From: Saccostrea cucullata
Taxonomy: Eukaryota
NCBI RefSeq assembly: GCF_032062105.1
Contig: NW_026930996.1
Location: forward strand, 62,001 to 126,000
Length of the DNA: 64,000 bases
Direction: 5' to 3'
This document shows, in pieces, positions 12,977 to 24,900 of the stretch. How positions within the stretch are numbered: position 1 is the first letter of the stretch; every line of letters begins with the position of its first letter. The position numbers and the translations under genes were made by a program. Below the pieces are notes generated by a model, which searched no databases, was not told where the DNA came from, and was given only the letters and a program-made list of their open reading frames with translations.

Positions 12977-15900
12977 ATGTCAAGAAAAGGGATAAAAATT
13001 CAGGGCCATCACAATCAACATAGGCGTAGTTATAGTCTAGGGTCATGTAAAGGAGATAGCTTCAACAATATCTATTATAGCTTTTATAAATCAAATTTTG
13101 ATTACATGTATAAACTAGAGGCAAAATTATTTTATGTTGTTTGTAAAAATAAATAACTGTGTTATTATTTGATGCTATGTATAAATAGATGGTGAGCTTG
13201 AGATCTAGATAAAAGATACCACAGAGTCTGACAAATCTATATATTTCACATTTTGGATGTTTTCCTTGAAAAAGACGTTAATGGTAATAGGGTAATATAA
13301 CAACCGAAGCTTTGTGATAAACGTTATGACTTTAACTTTGCAATCGTCAACTTCCCTTACCTATGCACAATATACTTTCATCACCTGCATCAGCTGCATA
13401 CGGAGTATATATATCTTAGTTGATTCCATACGCAAGAGCATGCTCTACATACAAACAGTTTCTAGAACGAGGTTAATTATTGACAAACAAGTTGCTGAAA
13501 CAAGAATATCAGCAGTCTCATTTAAAGTCGTCATTTCGTAAGTTCTATAGTCGATACCATGACCTTGTCAGAAAGTACACTTTATCATTGAGCCTAAGGC
13601 TGACTGACGTTTTTCATGCCAATTGTTAGTCCATTATTTATACACTGAATTGGCGACCGTTTTTTCCGGGGGTTTTTCCCCCGATCATGACAGAGAGCAC
13701 ACGGCGAGCGTGACCAGTCGGCAGTGGATGCTCACACCTCCATGGAACCTGATCCCACCTTTGATGTTTTGGAGGCCCTTGTTTGCTCTGCTCCTATTAT
13801 GTATTGTTTTATGGACTTCTGATCTTGAATAGTGTTCGTTATCTCCATATTTTTCATGGCATCCTGTGTTCGCTGCAGAATAATAGTTACAGAAATTTTT
13901 AATTATTTTAACGAGAGAATATGAAAAACAAAGCTCCGAATATTCTAAAATATCTTACAGCATAATAATATCAATTTGATTACATAAGGTTTTTGTGTGA
14001 CAAAAAAGGCATCTAAAAGGCGTCTAATATTCACACAGGACAGAGTCTCTAATGTTTAAAAGTGTTTATTACATTGCATTTTTGGTCCGACCTCTCAGGC
14101 TCAGGGAAGCTAGGGCTCATAACTCAGATTTATTTATGACTATTTATTTATAAATTTTTTCTAGGAAAAATTATATAAATATGAGAAGTTTTGATCAACG
14201 TTAACTAAGATTATCAAAGTATTTTGAGAATTTAATAGTTAACTTTTTTATGGTTTGAATTCTATTAAAATCTGTTACATGAGATCTATAATTATAGCTG
14301 CATTATAAAAACAACACCTAATTAAAGATTTTAGGTGCACATGAATCCCCCTCCAGAGTTAAGCCTTCCCTCAAAGCTACTCAACAGCCAGGAAACTCTA
14401 AACAAGCTAACCCTCGTGCCGTCACGGTAACACTCTCCAACAGTCACGCCCGCCAAAAACTGCGTGCCGGGGGACCCGGATACCAAAGGCCGCACATAGA
14501 GCCAGACGCTCCCCCCACAATACGGACCCGAAGACCACCTGTGGAGATGTGAGTACAAAGCTGCCTTACAAACTAGATACCTTTCAGAGTCTGAGACAAG
14601 CAATTCAAACAATCAGTTTTGTATATTTTTATTTTCCATACAAGCCAGAATAAAAGCAAACAAGTTTCACATCAGTATTAAGTAAAATTTCCAAACCTTT
14701 CAGAAAGGGATCCCTGACCAAGAACCCAGGACCTGAGGAAATGTCATCATTAAATAAGACAATCTCTCGATTGTTTAATCATTTGGAAATCAACAAACTC
14801 TCAAAGGAGAGTGATATCAAACCATCCACTAAAGTACGTCACCCTCGCCGGTCACCTAGCCCCCATCGACGTCACAAACGCGAGGAATATGACGTCAAAG
14901 AACTTCTGCAGAGACTTCAAACATTTGAAGATGAACTTCAGAGGAGGAGGGAAAAACAAAACGAAGATATACTCAGGTAAATTGAGAATAAATTTCTCAA
15001 AAAGAAAAAAAAAGAACGAAGAAATACTCAGGTAAATTCAGAATAAATATCCGAGAAAGGAAAAAAAAAACTAAAACGACGGAATTTACACGTACTATGA
15101 AATATTGGGATAATGAACAGTAAGCAAGCTTCAAAGAACAAAAATGGACACCTATAAGCATAAGAGATGGGATCTGGCCCCAAGACCGTAAACTGAGAAC
15201 AGACTTAAGTCAAAATTTCAAATCAATATAACTTTTGAAATAATTTTGATAACAAGATAAAACTTTTACCATATGTTTTAATTGGAATATTATACAATCC
15301 TGCAAACTTTTGATGAAGTATGTATCATCAATAAAAAGCCATTCTAATTTGACTTAAGTCTGTTCTCAGTTTATGGTCTCCAGGCCAGGTGTCATGGGTA
15401 AGCATGCATCCTCTGTAGGCTATTATCATGAAAAATATGTGGCCAATTGAATGTGAAAGTAATGGCTTAACAATTTTTTTCAAAAAAAAAAGTTAGTCGA
15501 CTTCATTTTAACGATAGCAAGTTCATTGGTGTTTGCAATATTGTGACTTTAAACGAGACTGTTAATATTTTTGTATCATCTATCATCTATTAAAAATAGC
15601 AAGAAGAAGAGAGAAAAACAGTCTAAGAACGACGTTCATCAATTTTCTAAATTTCATGTATCTTTCCTTGTAAGAAATGTTCGAGTCCGTTCAATCTTTC
15701 GATAAGATTTTTCTTTACCCAATTTAGGTTTTTCTTATCTGAAGAATACGAATCTCTATTGGTTTACACCTACACATGTTAAGATAAAATAGGTGTATTG
15801 CATCAGCTTTCTTCACAAAAATATTCAAAGATAACGAACAGTGATCGATCTTTAAAAAATCCTCAAATTATACTAGTATATGAAGGGGCCATAAAAAACG

Positions 15901-18900
15901 AACACTGGAAATTCCAGAGGTGGGATCAGGTGCTCGGACGAAGAAAACATCCCCTATTAACCGGTCACACATGTCGTAGGTCCTATGTATTGATTAGGTA
16001 GACATCCCCTGTTAACCGGTCACACATGTCGTAGGTCCTATGTATTGATTAGGTAGACATCCCCTGTTAACCGGTCACACATGTCGTAGGTCCTATGTAT
16101 TGATTAGGTAGACATCCCCTGTTAACCGGCCACACGTGTCGTAGTCCTATGTATTGATTAGGTAGACATCCCCTGTTAACCGGTCACACATGTCGTAGGT
16201 CCTATGTATTGATTAGGTAGACATCCCCTGTTAACCAGTCACACATGTCGTAGGTCCTATGTATTGATTAGGTAGACATCCCCTGTTAACCGGTCACACA
16301 TGTCGTAGGTCCTATGTATTGATTAGGTAGACATCCCCTGTTAACCGGCCACACGTGTCGTAGTCCTATGTATTGATTAGGTAGACATCCCCTGTTAACT
16401 GGCCACACATGTCGTAGTCCTATGTATTGATTAGGTAGACATTCCCTGTTAACCGGTCACACATGTCATAGGTCCTATGTATTGATTAGGTAGACATCCC
16501 CTGTTAACCGGTCACACATGTCGTAGGTCCTATGTATTGATTAGGTAGACATCCCCTGTTAACCGGTCACACATGTCGTAGTCCTATGTATTGATTAGGT
16601 AGACATCCCCTGTTAACCGGTCACACATGTCGTAGGTCCTATGTATTGATTAGGTAGACATCCCCTGTTAACCGGTCACACATGTCGTAGGTCCTATGTA
16701 TTGATTAGGTAGACATCCCCTGTTAACCGGTCACACATGTCGTAGGTCCTATGTATTGATTAGGTAGACATTCCCTGTTAACCGGTCACACATGTCGTAG
16801 GTCCTATGTATTGATTGGGTAGACGGAACTATTCCTTGTCAATTCAGTATAAAAGCAAAGGCCTTATAATTCTAAGAAACAAGTTAGCCAAAAAATCCAG
16901 CCAATTGATAGGTTATATTTGTTATTAAGGTCATTATAAGGACAATTACATTTACAAAATGAGGCTTATGAAATTCCTTTAACATCAACTTATCAGAAAG
17001 TGACTGTAAGTAGCTTGATTCGCTTTATAATGATATCATAGTGAACCCAGAGCAAGCTTTTGAGTAGCAAATAAGGTCAGAGGCATGAAGACCATAAGCA
17101 GGTGATGATAACAATCTGTCCACTCAACACACACAATAGGAAGAAGGGGGTTTCATTGGACGCTTTTCTGTGCATTTTTTGACGTCCTGTTATTCAAACA
17201 TAAAAGGATGAAAAGCTTATTTACTGTCCAGCTTAATACGCATTCATAGTATCTTAAATATCTTAAAACATAACAAATACCTTTATCGTTTATAATTATA
17301 TTATTAATTATAAATTATATTAAATTTCATAATGCTTTCGTTTTGATTGAGGGTATAATCTAGAAAATTAAAAACGTAGAACATAGAGACTAGTACTATT
17401 TACAATGATTTCAGGTAATATTTAGAAAATAACTATTGATTAAGGCAAGGGCGAAAGAAAAAAAAGACGAAATCCTCATATGAAATTTAAAAAAATAAAT
17501 GTTACAACACGGAGGGAAAACCAGAATCAGCCTCAAATACATTCATTTTTAACACAGAAATTAATAGGAGACTGATTCATTATACACTGACGTATTATAA
17601 AATTTTTACGAGATGGAATCTCAATGGACCGATGTGATTTCAAACTAAACTGGTTTTTATATTCGATGCCTGACAATATAAACTCTATAGACAGGGCTTT
17701 AATAGATTTCTAAAGCTTTACAGTGAAAATTTAAAAATAATCTAATAACTTTAAAATCAATAATAATTTTATGAATGTTATGTAACCCTAGAAGGATTTA
17801 TAGGCAGTATAGAGCATTAACATGACCAAGGTTCGTTCATTTACAGTATATTAAAATTTATAGTTAAATTTTTTATAACAATCTCATGAGAATTTCGTTT
17901 GTATTTTCAGTTTACAAGCTCAGATTCAGAAGTATAAAATCCAGGCTGCAGACCAATCAAAAGAACTGGAGAGGTTAGTCAAATTAAAGCTAACATAATT
18001 ATCTGATGAAAAAATCCTCCATTTTTCAAAATCTTGTTTTATTTTTGAACTTATTTGAAGCAAGATTTGTGCAAAATCTTATGCATGAAAAGAAGAAAAC
18101 ACTTGCTGTGGCCTTCAACTCAACATTTAGATATATTATTGACAACGTATTGTCAATTAACAATGGTAATTCTATTCCTATGCCAATACGATTTATCCAG
18201 GTGAGCTTTAGATAAAATATACCACAGAGTCTGACACATATGTTTCATACTTGGATATTTTACTTGAAAAAGACGTTAATGGCAATCTAACAACCAAGTT
18301 TTATGATAAACGTGATGACTTTAACTTTTCTATCGTCAACTTCCCTTACTTATGCAGCAATATACCTTGATCACCTGCATACGGCGTTTATATATCTCAG
18401 TTGATTCAAAACGCAAGAGCATGCTTTACGTATGAAGGAATTTCTAAAAAGAGGCAAATTATTGATAAACAAGTTGATGAAACAAGAATATCAGAAGTCT
18501 CGTTTAAAGTCATCATTTCTAAGTTCTATGATCGATGCAATGACCTCGTCAGCAAATACAATTTATCATTGAGTCAAATGCTGATTAATTGACGTTTTTC
18601 ATATTAAGTGTTAGTCCATTATTTACATAATGAATTGACGACGGGTTTTTCCGTTATTCCCCGATCAAGACAAGGAGCACCCGGTGGGTGTGACCGGTCA
18701 GTAGGGGATACTCACTCCTGCATGGCACCTGCATGGCACCTGATCCCACCTCTGATGTTTAGAGGTCTGTGTTTGCTCTGCTCCTATTTTTTTTTTTTGG
18801 ACTTTGATGTTGAATACTGTTCGTTATTTCATTGTCCTTCATGAAAAATAATAAACAGTGATCAAATTTTAAAAAATCCAAAAACAATACACATTTGTTA

Positions 18901-21900
18901 AGATGGCATAAAAGGTGGGATTGGATGCCTAGGACGAGTAAGCATCCCATATTGACCGAGCACACCCGCTATATGAGCAATATGTATTGATCCAGAACTT
19001 TCCATAGTCAAGTACAGTACAAAAGCAAAGGCTCAAAAATTGGTTTGAAACAAATTAGACAAAAAATGTGACCAAACTTTGGTTATACTGCTACTATATT
19101 ATAAAGACCATAGAATTTACGAAATGCCGACTTTTAAAGAAGTGTAAAATCTACGTGAAGGTAAAATCTATGTAAGTCAATAGCCTGCATAGGCTAAAAA
19201 ATGATTTCACTCGGAGCATGCTCTTGAGTATCAAATAAGTTGGGAGATATAAACATTATATGCAGGTGATAGCGGGCTGTTATTACACTAATGGGGAAAG
19301 TTGATGATGGAATTGTTCAATTCATCTCTTGTTTTTCAGACAGATAGTTGTTGGTTGGTCCATATCGCCTATAGTCGATAAAACGTCCAAATAAAAGACA
19401 TATGGCATACTCTGTGGGGTCTTTTAGCTCAATTTCAAGTCCATATATCTTGAAATACAAGATACCATAGAGCATGACACATCTATTTCATATTTGGATA
19501 TCCTATCGAAAAAGACGTCAATGATAATCATCTAGCAGCCAAGCTTTTTATTAAACGTGATGACTTTAACTTTTCAATCTATCAAGAATATACCTTCATC
19601 ACCTGCATACGGGCTTAAAATCTCTCAGTTGATTCGATACGCAAGAGCATGCTCTACATATGAACAATTTCTAAAACAAAGTAGGTTATTGACAGGCAAG
19701 TAGATGAAACAAGAATATCAGCAGTCTCGTTTAAGGTCATCATTTCGTACGTTCTATGGTTTATACAATGATCTTGTCAACAATTGCATGAAGAATTTAT
19801 TATTGAGTCAAATGCTGGCGTTTTTGTACTAATTGTTATATTATTATTTACACATTGAATTCTCTTCGGATTTTCCGATATTTCCCGATCATGATAAGTA
19901 GCACAGGGTGGGTGTGACCAGTCCACAGTATTTGCTCATTTCTCCATGGTACCTTTAATGTTTTGGGGGTCCGTGTTTGCTCTGCCCAAAATTAATATTG
20001 TTTGATGACCTGTTGAGCATGAATACTGTTCATTATCTCAATAAATTTTATCGAGTTGACATCTTGTATAAATGGTATATCTATTGTTATTTGATATAAG
20101 ATAATGGTAATATAGCCCTCTTCCATGCAGTTAATGGATATTTAGTAAATGTTTAATACATTCACGTGTTTGGAAACTATTTAGAAAATATGTGGAAAAT
20201 CATGTGATAAAGAGACAATTAATGCTTTTCCAATGCTTTGACTACAGGAAATAGTATCAGAATGTACATTTATCAATAATTTCCGATTCTACTGACTGTT
20301 GTATGGTGGCTATTACCAAATTACCGACTTTAGAAGAATGTATTGTATATCTTATAGTACATATCTTGAGATTTATTATTTTTCATTTGTACATATATGA
20401 TAACAACATAAAGTAAAAAAAAAGACAAAAATATGTCTGGAAAATCCGTAAACTTTCAATGAACCTGTACAAAACAAAACAAGAAAAATAAAGTTTGAGA
20501 TTGGACATAAAAGCTTTGATTTTTGTTTTTCATCTTAGATTACGTGGGATCCATTCTATCACCAACAAGGCTAAAGGGAGACATGTAGGAATGATTGAAG
20601 AGAGGTAAGGAATACCAATAAATATAAAGGTGGACAGGTAGACGTGAAATAGAGAGGTTTGTATCACTATAATTAAGCTAAATGTAGTGATAGACGAGAG
20701 GTTTGTATCACTAACAAGCTTAAGGTAGTTATTTTAGAGACGTTGGCTTAAAAGTAAACGGTGACGAAAGTTAACTTTCTTATGTACATTAAATAAAAAA
20801 AAAGGCCAGGAAACATTGGAGCAACTCAAAAATGTAAAGCGTCTCCATATGAGTGAAAATTTTTTCAGAGGGACATTAAACAAATAAACAATCAATCAAT
20901 CAAAAATGAAGAATCTTAATTTATTTAAGACAACTAATTGATTTAGGAATGCTTATAAAGTGACAAAAATCCTCTGAGAAAAAGGAAGCGGTTTAGTAGC
21001 TACAGACACACACAAATACAAAAAACACAAAAGAATGTGTCAATTTTCATAAAAAAATCTTTGTTTCGAGAATGTTTCTCTTTTGTGTAAACAGGTCTTG
21101 GGAGTGATCATGAAAATAATTTTTTAGATTCTAACACGTACAGCCAGTGATATTTTTCTCTTTTATTTTTCCTTTGAAATCATAGTTGTTCAAATAATGT
21201 ATGAAACACTATAGATTTAAATATCTGAAAACTACAAAGTTAGCGCGAAGAACTTAGTTTTAGCAATAACAAATATGCAATATTCTTACTCATGAACTTT
21301 TTGAGTAGAAACAAAGATAACAGGTATCATTTATTGAAACTTAATTGAACTATATCTATTTAAAAATATTATTCATAAGAAATTATTTCTGAAAATTTGT
21401 TCAACTCCAATTATTGTATATATGCCTTGGATCTTTTTACGGGAGAAAATAAGAAGGGAACTAAAGTCCAAGTTTGTATTAATAATATCATCTCTACTTC
21501 AAAGACATTTTCTCAGATTAACTACAGTAACTACTTTTAATGGTTTATATCCAATCACTGATCTGTATGAGAGCTTTTTATTTTAAAATGACATGAATTT
21601 TTAAATGTATTGGTCACCAAAAATGTGACCTTTTTATAATACTGCATTAATAGTGGTTTTGTCGAGTAATATGCCTCATGATAAGAAAGACGCTGTATAA
21701 ATATGTGTACTGAAACATTAATAGAAATAACTATACTCTTTTATGTAAAATTATTTTGATCCTTACGCAACAGAAAATTTAAAAAATAATGTTCGTTATG
21801 ACAAGGCTTTAATTATTACTCGTACTTCTCAAGTACCTGGCTTCAAAACCATAAACTGAGAATACACGTAAGTCAAAATTTTAAATCAATATTACTTTTC

Positions 21901-24900
21901 TTTTAAAAATGATAATGAACAGAATTTGCATTTATTATTTGTTGGAATTTGAATATTATACATAACTGCCAAATTTTAAAAAAAAAAATTATAATAAAAA
22001 AAGATATTCAAGAACAAAATTACTTAATTACTTAATTAAGGACATATATTACAGCCAAAAATTTTATGCGTGGATTGATAAATATTTTTTTTACCGATTT
22101 TGCATGAAAATGACATTTTAAAAAATACATTCCTAAAATAGAAAGACTTTGTTTCGTCTTCTATGTAATTCTATACACATTTTAACACCAATTTTAAACA
22201 TTGTGAAAATCTTACAAAAAATTTTATTTTATCTGGCAAACATTATTAAGACTGCGTGCCTAAATATAAATCTGTGAGAAAAAATGCTTCTTTCTGAAAA
22301 AAAGTTTTTGTTATTTATCTTAAGTCTGTTTTGAGTTCAGTTCATGAGAGTCCACATGTATTTTGCACTGACGATGCAAAATCTTAAATTTATATTAATT
22401 ATGATAGCCATTTCTTATACTAGTATATGACTCAATGTTTAAAAATAAATATTCATAAAATCGCTTGTTTTTAGAGAGTTTTAATTAAATTTTTAAACAT
22501 TTTACAATTTATTAGGTACCAAGAGGAGAAGAAAGACTTCGAAACAAGAATGAAAGAGCTTGAAAATCAACTGAAAAAGAAGTACGAAAGGTATAACAAG
22601 AATTGAAAAAAGTAACCATTCTAAACAAAATATGCATTAGAATTAAATGAAAAAGGGTTAATATACGGCGTAATGATCGATTTCGGAATTCTTAAAAACA
22701 ATACAAAATGAAAAGTGCTAAAACAGACCTATGGTAGATCGCACTTTATCTTAACATGAAAAATCTTAATACTGTTTAACTTCATAACCTTAAAACCAAT
22801 CGGTCCATGGATGCTTAATAGTAAAAAAAAAAATGAAATTCTTGAGATCATTCTCCAAGGAGGCGTAAGCGCCTATCAATTGGTCACTCCCACAGTGAGC
22901 CTTATAAGACGGAGTTATCTGCTTAAATTTATTTAAAAACAATGGTCTTATTATTGGTAAAAAGTCAAAATACTATCCATTCATAAGTTTATTTTCAAAC
23001 AAGCTATTAAGGTCATAAACTATAAAAAAGAATTTTCGAAATATGGACTTTAAACAAGGTTGTTGAGATCCCTGAAGCATCAACCTCTTTGTCGGTAGCA
23101 TGTTTCAGATTTTTAAAAAAAAATCACTGTACTCAGACTACGGTATTTTGTATCGAGTAAATTGAGAGGTATAAGCAGCCTAAGTAATATTGAATATAGC
23201 AACTTAAATATAAGGGAAATTGACGATGAAAAAGTTGACGTCGTTTCGTTTGTCATACAATCTAGTTGTTAGTTGGTAATTATTGAATGTCGTCATAACA
23301 TCTAATAACGAGTTCGCCGAAATTTACATGTATCATAAAGCATATAAATGAAAGCAACTAAATATTTATCTGAATGTCAAATTGAAAGCTGCGACATTTT
23401 TACAGTGATTTTGTGAAAGACTAATCACAAGATGTGAAAAATTCCGACTTGTGTTTTTATTGAAGAATCAGTTGTCTTAAATGTTTTTTGTTTAGTTCAT
23501 GTATATAGTGAAAAATATTACAGATTAGTATTTTATAGTTGATGATTATAGTTAATGTTTAACTGCTTAAAGTGCAATACAAGAAAAAGAGGACACAGAA
23601 AACACTCTCCGGAAAGACCTTAATAAACTAAAGAAAGAAATCCAAAAGGTGGGAAGTTTAAGTTCCGGTGTAAAGACCTCCAAAAGGCCACGATACAGGA
23701 CAGAAACTGACCAGTTTGATGTAGGAGAACTCGTGTCCACTCTGGACATTGTGGCAAAGGACTTACAAAGTCACCAAGACAAGAACAAGTAAGAAACTTA
23801 TAGTAGAGTGAGGTAGAACTGTATACATTAAAGCAATATGAGCTGCAAATTTGATGTCGGAATTTTTTGTTGCAAAATTGTAAATAACAATTTCAATGAC
23901 AGAAAAAAGAATAATGTTAATAAACTCCCGTTGTTCATAATTGCAATAGAAGAACTATTTAAAAGCTTCCATTGAATCAAAGAATGGGTGGACTTAACTG
24001 GCCAGAAAAAATGCCTTAATTTAAGTTTCATAAAATGCCTATTTTTTTCCATCATATAAACCTCCAATATCTTAACCGTGTGTTCATGGTACGGATGTGA
24101 ATTTAAAACGCTCTTTTCGAGGTTAACTTAAATAAATATCGAAGGCATGGTGCCTAAAGATTTCTTGAATATCAATAGATAATCAGGGTCACGCATTTTT
24201 CATCTTCTGAATACATAGTCAGCACAAAGAAAACTGTAGTTGTATATTGAACAAAATAATGTTATATTAAAAGGAGAAGAGACAAACAAAATAATGTAAT
24301 TTAACAAAAAATTTTTTAAAAACAAACTTTCGATATTGACCTGTTTAATATTACAATTCAAAGTGAAAACAAAATTCTTGGAACGTTTTAAGAATTTATA
24401 TTAAGTATTGTTTTAAATGCATTGAATTAATTTCAATAGCCCCGCCTCCTATAAATATTGATTGTGTGACATAAAAACCACACCGGGTACATATCGAATT
24501 CCGGAAGACGACACTCATGTATCGTTGCTTCAATTTTGATTCATAGCAACAGGGCATTGTTTTTGTACAAATGTTCCACCTAATATAACCAAGTATATGT
24601 AGCTCTTTCCATTGTTCGTAATATATTTTGGATTCACTTCATTTACAGATTGTTCGAGGAGTCGCAAAAAGATCCAAAATAAGGCGTTAAGTCCACCCAT
24701 TCTTTACATTATTGTCATCCTGTACAATAATGATTTCTCCTATTAAACTGTATATTGGATTGTAAATAGAAGTTTTCCTTTTGCTTTATTTCGTTGATCA
24801 TAAATGTACAAATTAATCATAATAACACATTTTAACAGCAACATAAAATTTTCAAAATTACTTCTGGTCTAGAAAAGACAGGACACTTCACTAGAGAAAT

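Noticed and set aside
13623-13832. Recurrent peptide GMLTPPWHLIPPL in several ORFs as a protein family
   Set aside because: It is the translated 3' non-coding module of the retroelement. Frames and stops differ among copies.
15948-16823. CRISPR-like array
   Set aside because: Whole 55-bp units are repeated with no unique spacers, there are no cas genes, and the context is eukaryotic. It is a minisatellite.
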